A DNA stretch of 63,783 nt, the filler included, from Bipalium vagum (taxonomy: Eukaryota): the NCBI GenBank assembly GCA_037834085.1. It is 3 parts of 3 records of this genome, joined end to end, with 100 filler letters (N's around TTAATTAATTAA, not from the genome) between each part and the next. Parts side by side here need not be neighbours in the genome. Positions count along the whole stretch, not along the records: positions 1 to 27,310 come from JBBMKC010095887.1; 2 more parts are not named here. One strand, written 5' to 3'. Made by a program: the position numbers and the translations under genes. How positions within the stretch are numbered: the first letter of the stretch is position 1; each line of letters begins with the position of its first letter. This document shows positions 14,001-26,587 of this stretch, one piece after another. The notes under the pieces are model-generated. The model was given only the letters and a program-made list of their open reading frames with translations, ran no database searches and was not told the DNA's origin.

Positions 14001-17000
14001 TTATAAATTTTTAGAGTTATGTATTCTCAATTTCTGATGGATAAACACTTTTAAAACAATCATTAAGGTTACAGTCACGGACCTGAATCTGGTATATTAA
14101 TTTTGAAAGTAAATATGAAATTTATTTTGAAAACTGAAGTTTCTTATTTCATATATTTTGGTGTAAAATATATAAATGATTTACCTTGATAATAAATTTA
14201 ATAAAAATTTTCAATTAACATTAATAATTAAAAAATGTAGTAATCCTAATGAGGAAAAGTGAAATAAGTAAATTATCGATGTTTATGTTTACAAAACCCT
14301 ATTCTTTTCTATTTCTTAATACTTTCACTTTCTTTAAAAAATTTGTAATCATTCATTAACGTTAAGATTGCTTGAAAATAATCCAAAACTCAGAATATTT
14401 CATTTTTGACTATTATCCGTTGGTTATGAACAGTTAATCTATCCGAAATTTATATATTCATTTCATATAAATTTCACATGACACATAAGCATGACTTAGT
14501 AATTGATAATTATAATGTTTAAATATTAAATTAATAAAAATTCTCTTAAAAAATTACGTGAAACAATCTTGTTAATTTAGACCTGGAAAAGTCGTTCAGC
14601 ATCCCAAAGTGATCACACTAAACTGTCTCTCAAATCTTTGAGCTACGAAAAGGATTTTTACAGAGATAAACAAATTCAAACATCAGGAAATATGAAGGCT
14701 TATTCAATATGAACTTACATCTTACATTATATCTTATTAAACAAGGAAAAATCTTTTTTCAAATTTTATCAATATTGTCTTGCAAAGCTCCATTCTTCTA
14801 TCAAAATTTTATTAGTTGTAATGGAATTATAGCAACTCCTTATATTGAGATCTACATCAAAGGCACTCCATTTCTTGAACTCTAATATTTTTCTTTGTTA
14901 AATTAAGTCGGATTTTATTTTTTCTTGAATACTGAGTCTTAATTTTTCCACTCATTTTCATGTCTTTTGCTACTTGGTGAAATTTCAAATTTGGTATTCC
15001 ATAAAATAATTTTAAAATTTTCTTTCAGAGACATACCATTAACTCATTTTAAAATTATCTAAATTAATCATTATGCTTTTAATGCATATAAACAAATTAT
15101 CAATATCTGAATTTTATCAATTCCTATTTCAAAAGAAAATACGCTAACATAATTTATACATTTATTATAATTAAAGTTGTATGACTTCTTATTTTCACTA
15201 TTTGTTTTACCAATATTGAAAAAATTCTAGATATCACAAATTAGCATTCTCATTTCACATGGACACTGGTTTTTATAAAGTATTTAGGAATATTTTTAAA
15301 AAAATTTATAAATTAAAATGAAAGTGAAGAAAGAAGACTACTCGTTTTTATTTATCAAAAATTTTTTTAATATTCCTAAAAACTTTTATAAAGCAGTGTC
15401 CATTTCATACTGCACATACTTGAATTTAGTTCAACAACTTTGTTGACATCTGCCACACTATTAAAATATCATTCATAACTCAAAATTGAAACTCCGTACT
15501 TTTCTCATCAACTTTATTATTTAAATATTTCAATATCAATCTAGTAATCACCATAAAACCTATAAAATAATTATAAATTTCTTCAGAAAACATTTGATAA
15601 ATATATATGTACAAATAAATATTTATTAATCTTTTCCCCATTGACATCTGATTTATAAATAATAATCACACCTTCTGCTAAAGTTCTATTCGACGTTTCA
15701 AACTGAAAATAGCACAACATTTTTGACTACCATTATTTTAATTAATCAATACACTATTTGACCAGGGTCATCGATTTTTGATAAGCTGAATGTATCAAGT
15801 GATATTTTCATTTTAAGTCACGTGATTGCTTTGAAATTCATTTATACATTATGTATACTTTGTTCAATTTGCGATTTTACGAAAATATTTCAAGTTAATT
15901 TTGAAAATGTTGATCACTTTAATATTATCTGAAAATGTTTTTTAAACTGATAATCAATAAAAAATAAAATATTCACCATGTAATAATCATTATTACACTC
16001 TTTTTGAAGTGAAAAACAAATCAATTATTTTTTTCAGTTTCTTAGTAAACTACATATATATGATGGGAAACTTATTATTCGATTAATCCTTCTTTTTTGA
16101 AGGAGATCGATTTGTGATTAAATTTGATCTTTTTATGATTAACCTTAAATTATAAAAAGAAAATATATTATTTTGTTAATTTTGAACGTATTTTTAACAA
16201 TTGTAATCACCATTTTATGATAGGAAATTAGACACCCTTCTTTACATATTAGATTAAATTAATTTGAAAAAGAAGAGAAAATATCAAATAACAAAGTGGT
16301 TTAACATACTAAGATGAAAATTAAATTAATACATATTATTAAAAATTCAATCAAAATACACATGTAGCCATTTAAAGTACTATATTAACTGAAAACACTT
16401 CAAATTCGGAATAATTATACTTTCGTCTTAACCAGTGAAAAACTTCGAATAAAAGATAAACTATTTACAAAATAACAATAATAATTATTATATTAAAAAG
16501 AAAAATACTCGATAAATAATTTGATGCACTGAAAAATGAATAACTAATAAAAATCTACTTGCCGATTTTTCTAAGCTCAGCATTTCTATCGTAAATTACA
16601 AAATTACTTGTTGAGGTGCATTAGTATTTATGGTTTTATTTAACGTGACAACAGTTAATTATTATCATAATTTAATTATTAATCTTCAGATAAGACAAAG
16701 GCAGTCTTATTTGATTATTGGTTTTCATGCGGTTTTCTGAATACTAATTCTAATATTATCTTAAGGTAAACTAATAATCGTTATTATTTATAATTTTACT
16801 AATGAATTCAAAAGCCATCTAAAAAAACATTGCAGATAAAAAGGCCACTTCTTTAAAATATAAAAATGATCATGTAAAAACTTCAACAATTAAAATATTT
16901 TGAAAAATATTAAAAGAAATATCAGAAACTATCTTAAAACTGATGGATATAATGTGCAAGACAAACGATGCTTAAGAAAAGTAAAGTTATTCACAGATGA

Positions 17001-20000
17001 AGAATTGCAAGTATTATTTAAAGTTATGAATGGACGTTGATTGTTGACAGGACTATTCCTTTATGAGATTTTCAGTATTAGAAATTACTTGAAGGGAAAA
17101 AAAACTTTGGCCATATAAAGTGATCAAAAAATGAAGAAACCTTTTGAATATTTTTTAAAGTACTCCTTGTACTGAATTTTAAATAGGAATGAAATATAGG
17201 TATAGCTTACGAATCTTAAACTCAGAAAATCATCGAAAAAGATCATTGAATTATTAATAGGCGAGAAATAAATAATTTGTTAATCGTATTTTAAATAATA
17301 GCAAATATAAATAAACGAAAAGTTAAAATAAAATATAAATAATGAATGTATCAAAATTAAATCTTACAAAATGCATTTTTTGGATTGTATTTTTCCGGAA
17401 TTCTTAAAATTAAAAGAAATTAATCAAATAATAATAATATACAGATAAAAATTTAAGATATAGGTTTTACAAAACTCTTTTGTTGAAAATTTTGATAAAT
17501 TATAACAGAAATTTAATTATTAAATATATTAAACAAATAGATACATAGGTTCTAACTATCTTAATCTACTATAATTAGTAAAGGCTTAATATTTAATCGA
17601 TATCATATTAGTTTGGTGCAAAAATAATCGTTTTTAGCAAATAATTTAAAATCCAAAAACTCAGTTCAAATAAAACTATTAATTAAAGTATTATCTGGAG
17701 TCAAATTTTCTGCCCAATAAAAATCTAGATTCTGGTAACGAAAAATTCCAAGGCATTTTATTACATCCTCTTTTTTGAACTGTTTCCTACGCTTAACTCC
17801 AGGTGCTTGAATAGTTATTATTTTGTGGCTTCTAGGTTTGATGCATAATAATGTGTTTCATATGCAAGGTTATACAAATTTGGCGAATTATATTTGCTAT
17901 ATATAAAAGCTATAAGCATTTCTAAGAAGCAATATAGAATCTCTTCGATTGGTTAACTCTGGTTGCTTTCATAGAAGATTTTCGTACATTATACTTATTT
18001 CTCAGACATACCTCTCGACTGTAATGGTGTGATGAATGAGACCAGAGACAGACCACAAAAATTTCACCATAACCGTTTTTTCGGATGCGACATTTTGCTT
18101 TGATGTCCTAGGCAATCATCATGATGTAATCATTGAGTAGATCGCCGTCGGTTATCGTTCAAAAACCATTTCTCATTGCAGGTCACTATACGATCAAGAA
18201 ATGACTGAGTTTTTTTGCGCAGAAGTCTGGACAGATATCATAACAGATATTTCTTTGATATTCGGTAAATTCGTGCGATGTACATTTGTCCACCTTAACT
18301 TTTTCAATCGGGCTCAAGCAGCACAGAATCGTTTTATCATTAGCTTTGATATTTTTCAACGTTTTCATTAGATTTGTATTGATCATTGTTTTCAATTAAT
18401 CATCATTACTTTCTGATGGATGTTCAAGGTCCTTTTTATCCTATAGTGGTATTGCCTACCCTGAATTTTGCAACAAAATTATCCGAATTTCCGGTTTTAA
18501 AGCCTTTTTTAAATGGCTAAAAAATTTAAACAACTAACTACTTGATTATTTATTTAGCAGAAAAAGCATTTAAACATTATTTATAACAATATAAATTTAT
18601 TCTAAAAATATTGATACAGAAACAATTTAAACTAATAAATTGAAAAACGGTCATTATTTTTGCACCAACATAATAATTTGATTTTCCCCCAAAAATAATG
18701 AAACAAATATTATAATTGTCTGAGAAATAAGTGAACATAATGAAAATTAAAAAATATCAAACCATAGAAATCAATTTTATAAAATAATTCAATTTGTTTT
18801 AGAAAAATCGACAAAATTATACCCTCTTAGAAAATTAATTAAAAACCACAATAATTTCAAATTTACAATGCCTATTAAGTCTGACTCGAACTTTTCTATC
18901 CTGCATATTCAAGTAGAACCAGTTAGAAAGACTAAGTGGCGTCAATGGAATTATTATAATCGTCCGAAATGAACGAAAACCTAACTACATGGCAAATAGA
19001 TGAAAATGATTTTTCTGAATATAGATTTCAATGAAGATGATATTTTGTTAAGTATTGGTTCAGAACCAATTAATGACACATTTGAATGATAATGAATATG
19101 ATTTTGAGGATCAATTAAAAATAGAGTCAAGAATTGAGACAAAGGAAGAAAGCTATGAAGCCTTCTAGCAAATAAAAGATTATTTCAATCAGTCATGAAT
19201 GTCTGATGTAAATTGTATTAATGTAATTTGTAAATAGTTGAAAAACGAGAAAATATTAATACGTTTGATACCTGACTTATTAAAGAGTAAGTCTTAAGAC
19301 TGTTGTGCTTGTTTTTAAAAATTTTTGCATGATTAAAAGTTACATACTTACTTTTATGTCATAATTATCCAAAAATTGACATTTTCTGTTGACTGTTAGT
19401 TTTTTGAGAAGTCAGTTTTGGTGGATGATAGAATAAACATCTGTATTGTGATAGTTACAAAATCTTTTGATTTTTTAAAGATGCTGATTTAAACAAACAT
19501 ATTTTTTAGAATCATTTTGATCAGTGTTTTCGCCTCTCTGCTACCAACGATATAATTTTGAGATACTATAACTTAATTTATATTTATTTTTATTCTACTA
19601 GGCAGTAAATCGAAATAGATTGTTGTATAGCTGCTGTATGAGATAAAAGATTAAGTAACTCACTTAATATTTTTCTCAAATAACTTGAAGAGGATTCATT
19701 TGAAAAAAGATTTACGGTTAACTAAATCATGAAAACTTGAAGACAAGTGATTAAAACATAATTTTAATTATGGAATATCGAAATCTGATAAAAAATATTG
19801 ATTTTTTAAATTTTTCAAATGGAATAAAGCACTTCAGATAAAAGTTTTGTATAGTCAAAAAATTAATTTAAATATATAGATACCCTAAAGTTCCGTGTAT
19901 AACGCGTGAATATTTTTACAAAAAACACGCTGCGCTTTATACAGGGTGATTGATAATTAACTCCCTATTGAATTATTGAATTATTTTTTTCAACTTATAA

Positions 20001-22972
20001 GGTATTTATAACAAATTAAATCGATTATTTTCATATTAAGATTTAAAATTAATATGACCAAGTGTTTATGCAAGATGGTGCTCCTCCACATTTTGCTATC
20101 ATTGTTCGTCAATGGATATATAAGCATTTTCCTGGGAGATGGTTAGGTCGTCGTGATCCTCATGAATGGCCGACCAGAAGCCCTGATTTAACACCCTGTG
20201 ATTTTTTCCTTTGGGGTTGGTTGAAGGAGAAATTTTATTCCACGAAACCAAAGACTTTAGAAGAACCTGAAGTGCGATTACAAGAAAACCTTTCTGCCAT
20301 TCCACAAGAGTTCCTACAAAGATCAGTCGATTCGATTCCCAAGAGACTTAGGAACTTACAGACGAATGCTGGTTCACATTTTGAATTTTAAATAAAACTA
20401 AATTTTGTTTGTTCTTTTTATATTCATTTTTCGTAAAAATAATATTCAGAAAAAAAAAGACTTTTACAATAGAGAGTTATTTATCAATCACCCTGTATAT
20501 GGATGCGCGTTATATATATTTATATAAAGAAAAAAGATTGTTTTTGACAAATATTATGCAAATTGTACAAAAAGATAACATGAAAAAAAAACAAAGGTGA
20601 GAGCCAAAATTTATTTTAAAAAATTTATTCAAAGAATCCAACATGTTCAAAAAATCCTTTGGTAATTTGGGTAAATCGTCCTCTTCTTTATCTGCTAACT
20701 CATCAGGCTCTGAATCAGAGAAGTCATTAAATTTATCATTAAGGTCCACAATGCTGGATTTTTTAAATCGGTTAACAATGCAACAGGAGTAATTGATTCC
20801 CATGCATTGTTTATCCATTCACAAACAGTAGAATATGATGCTCTCCTCATTTTAACACCTTTTGTGAATGTATGGAATCATAATCATACAACGTTTCCAT
20901 TTATTTCTAACTTTTGATTTAAAATTTTTATTGGACAATTCGAAAATTCTTTAAGTGAAGATCAATATAAAGCAGAGATGGCTGCAATATTTTTGTTAAT
21001 CCAGCAGGAATTACAGCAATTGTTAATATCTCTTAGTGTCTATTTTTGAGGTTTCGGTTAAATGCGAAGAAGCAGAATCAAAAATTAGAATAGATTTTGG
21101 TTCGAAGAATGATCCAGGTCTTTTTCACCAAACCTCTTCTAACCATACTTTAAACATTTGAGTATCCATCCAACCTTTTTCATTTGCTTGAAAAATGATA
21201 CCCTTTAGAAATTTTTCTTTCGGTATAGTTTTTCTTTATAATATTACCATGGGAGGTAGTTTCCAACCGTCAGCAGTGACAGTTAGCACAACAGTAAAGC
21301 TACATTTTTCAGCACACGTGGTGTTTATCTTGGCATTTTCTATACCTTTCTGCTCAATTGTGTAGTTTCCTGGCATATCGAAACACATAGGAACTTCGTC
21401 CATATTTCCTATTTGTTCTTGCTTTTTATCTTTTAAATATAAATAGAATAATTTGGACTTCTTTTTCCAATCTGTAGGCATAGTTTGTCCAACCGAGGTG
21501 ACTGATCTGACAGAAAACTGATTTCTGTGCATAAATATGTTACACCATCGGTTACTTCCTTTAAAATTCAAATATCATATTCTTCTGCTATTGATCTTGC
21601 TTTTAATTTAATAGATGTTGTAGAGACTTGTCTACCATCTTTTCAAAGTTCAAATATCCACTTTTTCAGAGCTTCTTCTATCTGTGGCCAAATGCTTCTC
21701 TTCTTCTTCTTGCTCTTTTGGTTGCTTTTGTTAATTTAAGCAATTATTTTGTTTTCCTTCATTCTCGAACACTTGATTCTATAACGTTGAACTTTCTTGC
21801 AGCTGCTCTGTTGCCATTGATTTCTGCGCATTCAATTACTTTCAATTTCGTAGTTGCACAATATGATTTTCTACGTTGTTTTTCTTCCATGATAGCTAAA
21901 TCTTAAAGATAATTAATATACAGTAAAATGAAGTTAATTTTTACTTCAAATAAAATTCAAACAGAAAAATTCGAAAAGTTGAATATTAAAAGAAATTTAA
22001 TTTTTAATTTTCCAATAAACATGATTTATAAATTTGGATATGAAATCATTTTAATTTCATATAATTATAATACATTTAATGCAATTTTTTTAATGCTACA
22101 TAAAAATTTCTGCGCGTTATACAAAGAAAAAAGACGATATTTTTACAAAAAACACGCTGCGCGTTTTACACGGAACTTTAAGGTTTTAATGTTTTGGTTC
22201 GTGATTAATATTGATAGAAATTAAAAAAAATCGATTCTATGTAAATTATTTTTTTAAAAAAATGTAAATTTACAAAATAAATGGATCTGTTCAAATACTC
22301 TTACCTCTCAAACACATTCATCAAAACTGAAGATTTTTAATTGTGAAATTGATTTATAAAATTAAATTTTTTTGTGTTTTGGAAGACATTAACAGTATCA
22401 TTTGATAATAAAATATCCATCTTTACTTCTTTCGGTATTTTTATGGAACCCCTATCATACATCTGGATTTAGAACATAAAGTACAAGATTTAGAAAGCAT
22501 GTTCAACAGTCAAATAATTTGAAAACTAAATATTTATTGATTTCTCTATCAAAAAAGTTTTAAAATCATTAATTTTGCTTATTTGAAATTATATAATATT
22601 TCAAAAATTATTTTAAAATTCAAAACTCTTTAATCAGATAATTAATGAACAAAATTAGCTTACAGAGTCTTCAAGTCATTCTCAGATAAACTTTCTTGAC
22701 TTTTGAAAATTGTTTCAACCGGTTTTTGAAATGATAACATTAGGAGAGCACCCAATCCTCCAATAGCCGTAAACACGGTGTAGAATATAGTCCTTTGGAC
22801 ATGGCTTATGGTGTAACTTTGTCGAAACATGAGAAATTGGAATAGATTGCCAAGAACAAGACTAAAATAATAAATGGTTTACTTGCATTAAGCGGTCTTA
22901 TAATAAAGAATGGTAACAAAAATTAATATAAAAACATTTCTATTTGGAAATATTAAAATAATAACAAAAACG

Positions 22973-23044
<72 letters not shown>

Positions 23045-25994
23045 CATGGTGTCCTAAAAGATTAAAAAAAATTTTTAAATGTATTACAAACTAATTTTAT
23101 GTTTACATAAGTTAGTTAATAAATTTTAGAGAAAATATTAAGATGGTCCATAAGTTTCGGGAGTTTTGCATAATACACTTATTATGCTATTTTTTAACAT
23201 AAAATTTTGCGTTGAAAAATTAATCAACTTTGTTACTATTTAAAATATTAATTAATTTTCGCTTTTTAAAGATTCACTGACTATTTTCGATGATTTCCTA
23301 GGTTCAAACTTCTTAAAACATACAAAATCAGTACGAGTGATTTTAATAAACTTCTCAAAATGTTTCTGAATCTAGTCAATTCATGTGGTAGAAGTTTTCT
23401 TTACTTTTTACTTATTCCTATCAAGCCCATCTTTAGTTTATTTAATTGTTAACTGTTGAAGTGAGGATCATTTTAGGAAACTATCTTTTTAAAGACCCAT
23501 AGTCAATTTAACACATAATTTAGAATTCATGATAAACTGAAAATATTTGAAAAAAATGTTCTAAATTGATTAAAATAAATTTTTTATTTTCTTATAAATG
23601 CACTTTTAAGTCATATTTTGATAAATCTATAAAATGATTATATTTTTTAATTTAGACTTTTATTTGACATTGATTTATTAATTTTATTTAGAACTTAAAA
23701 AAAATTAATAATAAAATGATAATAATATAAAAAGTAAAATTTTGGAAATATATTGAGAGCTTAATTTCAGCACTCATGATTGACAAAAGTCTAAAATTAA
23801 AAATCAATTTAAAAAATCACTTTACATTTAAGAAAAATATTTAAAGATTATCGATATTTTTTAAATAAGATCGTTTCTCGTTGGAATTTTATAGTCACAA
23901 AGATTGCAAAATTATAAGAGAAACTCAATTTTTGTTCCAAGGAAATCTTTATCACAAAAATTTTTTCGATAATCTTTTTCTTAGCTTTTCTTTTTCTTTG
24001 CTTCATGTTATAAAGTTCATTTATGTACTTCTAGGTTTTCATTGCACCACCAACATACTTTACCATATTAAAAATCTTTTTTCAAAAAGATAATTTTACA
24101 ATTACCGTTGTTTAGTCATATCCAAAATTTGACACTCACACAATTACCATTTTAATTTAGTATTAAAGATTAAAAATACATTTAAATTAAATAAATGAAA
24201 ACGAATCTCTTAATCGGTATTAAATATAATTTTTTCTCTGTGAAATAGGGAAAAGTTTCAGTTTGTACCAGTCCAAATTAAAATTTTCATAATGGAGTAA
24301 ATTCTTTTTAAAACTACCCAAAATAAATTTTTCAAATTGTTTTTTTAATAAATCTAATTATTGAAAAATTTTAATTAATATTTTTTCTTATGAAGTAGCT
24401 TAAATAAAATCATCTTTTTACTGAAATGAAGAATCGTTTTAATTTTTAAATAAAGTTTAACCGATTCACAACATTAACAGAATATTTGGTATCAGTCCCA
24501 CTTTTAACAAGTCTCCTATTTTGGGTTGGAAAATCTTTTTCGAATGTTAAGCTTCAAGATGAACCTTATCGATCACTAGCAGTAAAGATTAATTATAAAG
24601 AATTAATGAAAGCAGTGAAGACCAATAAAGATCAAATGACAACAAAACTGTTTTATTATTAATTTTTTACGGTCGTTCAACTTGAAACCAACTAAAAGTG
24701 AAAGATTTGACAAATTATTACTGCTTTTCTCAACAATTTCGTCGATGAAGTTTACTTCTTAAGAATGGATGAAATGGTGAGAATCGTACACATTTTAAGG
24801 TAATACTTATCAGTAAGTCAAAGTCTGCCTATAAAAATAAAAATTATTTCCATCTTGTAATTCTCCTTGATTCGCAACATTATACTTTATCCGAAAATTA
24901 AAAATTTTCCTCAAGGAAAATACAGGGTCTTCCAAAAGAAGCTTTACTACTTTTAACATATTAAATACTAAGTAGTTTTGTATAAATAAATTAATATTTA
25001 ACATTATTCTAGATAAACATTTGAAAATTAAATATGGATCGTTATAATATGCAACAGCGGGCAGAAATTGTCAAAATATTTTATCAAAGCGGTAGTTCAA
25101 TTTCAGTAACCGTTAAAAAATTGCGTAATTATATTAACTGAATGGACAAATAAATTGTTTTATTTGCATTCTTCAGTTATCATTGGACTCATTTAATTCC
25201 TATAGAGAGAAATGTCATTCCTATTGATACAATAACATTGATTTATTATAAAGCTTGTTTTAATATTGCGAAATTTACGTACAATATTAACAATAATGTA
25301 TATTTAATTTTCCTAAGATGTTACCAGAGAAAAAAAATTATAAAAAATAAAAATTATACAAACCTTGTTTGAAATATAGACCAAAATAGTGTCGTATTTC
25401 TGTTTATAGTACTGGGATTCGAATTTATTGAGAGAAAATTTCCCTGAGCTGTCCATAAAACTAGTTATTAATGTCAATCAATGAAAATTAATTTAAGGTA
25501 AAACCTCCTGCAGCCAAGCCAACCAAGACTGAACCCAAATAAAGTGACCAATTCATCGGTTTCAAAAAAGATGCAATAAATAAACTAGAAAACATTATTG
25601 TCTTATTCTATTAATAACTAACACATAAAGTATTGCTGATACAAACATAGAATATTTTGGTGTTAGCCATACGACTACAACCGGACTAAACCAATTTACA
25701 AAAGCGAAAACCAAATAGATTAAGGTCAAACTAAAGAAAAGTATTAAAAATAAAATATTTAAATTGTAAACCTAATATATCCGCTACCAGTAAAAGTACT
25801 ATTTGGTTCATTTTTGGCTGAATTTAAGACTATAGTCTAAGAAACATAAAATTTTAAAATTAAATATTGAAATATATTAATCATAAAAATCTTACCTGAA
25901 ACATAGATGATGTTTGAAAAGCACTAAATAAAAGTAAAAAGGCAATGCCCATTAGAATAATGTTAAGAATAGAACGAATTTGAATTAAATTCAT
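2309..25994 (-). CDS. MFSD11: MFSD11 / UNC-93-like MFS membrane protein, about 461 aa. Exons 25994-25896, 25836-25772, 25730-25623, 25584-25505, 25460-25364, 22861-22664, [19385-19352 tentative], [15702-15672 tentative], 11952-11887, 10133-10008, 6222-6054, 3193-3055, 2482-2309
   Basis: Spliced translation gives NIILMGIAFLLLFSAFQT, GSGYISLTLIY, VLWTAQGNFLSINS, GLELTFFSGVYGTAVG, IGLGEI, LGFGDGIFNIQ, SAFAIFYFVRSLASAAGFFYS and QWQLLIL, collinear with MFSD11. Exon phases are consistent when the two small tentative exons are included. Confidence 0.93.
5138..5202. repeat. Compound (TAC)n(TAA)n microsatellite
   Basis: Direct observation. Confidence 0.9.
8860..9600 (+). mobile_element. Highly decayed mariner-like transposase relic
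   Basis: Fragments resembling ERT..RWF.RF, WVPHEL and PFL.NMV.GD motifs, with many stops and frameshifts. Confidence 0.4.
11030..11087. repeat. (TAA)n microsatellite
   Basis: Direct observation. Confidence 0.95.
15259..15403. repeat. About 145-bp imperfect palindrome (MITE-like foldback)
   Basis: ATGGACACTG-TTTTATAAAG-TTTAGGAATATT on the left is mirrored by AATATTCCTAAA-CTTTTATAAAG-CAGTGTCCAT on the right. Confidence 0.75.
17608..18673 (-). mobile_element. Defective mariner (DD34D-type) element with both TIRs and TA flanks
   Basis: TA-TTAGTTTGGTGCAAAAATAATCG...TTATTTTTTGCACCAACATAA-TA (Hsmar1/MADE1-like TIR). Internal minus-strand FLDRIVTCNEKWFLNDNRRRS motif. Confidence 0.88.
18880..19445 (+). 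mobile_element. Probable Tigger/pogo-family 3' relic
   Basis: Acidic transposase-tail-like translation (DENLTTWQIDEND...EESYEAF*QIKDYF) and degenerate ends, the right one finishing CTGTA. Confidence 0.35.
19883..22183 (-). mobile_element. pogo-superfamily (POGK-like: Brinker HTH + CENP-B HTH + DDE_1) DNA transposon, pseudogenised; ATG at 21890
   Basis: 24-bp TIRs CCCTAAAGTTCCGTGTATAACGCG / CGCGTTTTACACGGAACTTTAAGG. Translation MEEKQRRKSYCATTKLKVIECAEINGNRAAARKFNV, GNMDEVPMCFDMP, FTVVLTVTADGWKLPPMVI, KGWMD, LIFDSASSH, with stops and frameshifts. Confidence 0.92.
19942..20495 (+). mobile_element. 554-bp internally deleted DD41D (rosa-type) Tc1/mariner element nested in the pogo element
   Basis: 29-bp TIRs CAGGGTGATTGATAATTAACTCCCTATTG (2 mismatches) with TA on both sides. 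ORF 20062-20391 has QDGAPPH...WPTRSPDLTPCDFFLWG with 41 residues between the two Asp. Confidence 0.93.
22974..23043. repeat. (ATA)n microsatellite
   Basis: Direct observation. Confidence 0.95.
25034..25130 (+). mobile_element. N-terminal fragment of a DD41D-type transposase
   Basis: MDRYNMQQRAEIVKIFYQSGSSISVTVKKLR resembles the N-terminus of the element at 29050-30138 (MESYSI*DRVKIIKTYYQNSSSIKETFRKL). Confidence 0.7.
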
Positions 25995-26211
25995 CTTATT
26001 TTTAAAAATTAAAATTAAAAATATTAATTAGATTGGATTTTTTAAACAAACATACATAAATTTCAATTGAAATAATTATCAAAAATTTAAATTTCAATAT
26101 AAATTGAACTACATAGTTTTATTTGTTCAAAATTCTATTAATATGATACTATATAATTCTGAAAATTGTTTTAGAATGTTTTAGGTTGATAAAATCAGAT
26201 TTAAGTTAAAT

Positions 26212-26220
26212 ACCGGAAGT
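26212..26220 (+). promoter_or_regulatory. ETS-family site ACCGGAAGT in the 303-bp divergent intergenic region
   Basis: Perfect ETS/GABP consensus standing out in extremely AT-rich DNA between two divergent ATGs (25994 and 26298). Confidence 0.55.
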
Positions 26221-26297
26221 AATTATTAAATATTTCTGATAACTTTAATGTTGATTTATTATCTGTTTTACATCTCTAAAATTTTATTTATTTAAAA

Positions 26298-26587
26298 ATG
26301 ACACAGAAATTTGAAAATGAATCATTTGCAGAATCGTTGTTTCAAAATGAATACGAAATGGAAAACGAATTCCTTTCAATTAAATCAGGTAGTAAGTTGT
26401 AGTAATATTAGTTTAATTTGATTGTATATATTTAAGATGACCAAGGTGGAATACGTAATTCAAAAAACAATTCTGAAAATAATTCTTTTTACGAAGAGAA
26501 TATTAAAATTTGTGCATCAACAAGGTTTGAATATAAAAATAATTCACATATTATTTTGCACATAGAATCATTAAAAAATATTCATAA
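26298..26587 (+). CDS. Small unknown spliced ORF, about 66 aa with an acidic N-terminus; exons 26298-26388, 26437-26524, 26566-26587
   Basis: AAAAATG start; MTQKFENESFAESLFQNEYEMENEFLSIKSDDQGGIRNSKNNSENNSFYEENIKICASTRIIKKYS*. GT-AG introns of 48 and 41 nt. No recognisable domain; 3' structure uncertain. Confidence 0.45.

Noticed and set aside
22305-22326. 22-nt AG/GT-flanked candidate MFSD11 micro-exon
   Set aside because: Correct length class, but it contains an in-frame TGA in the required phase
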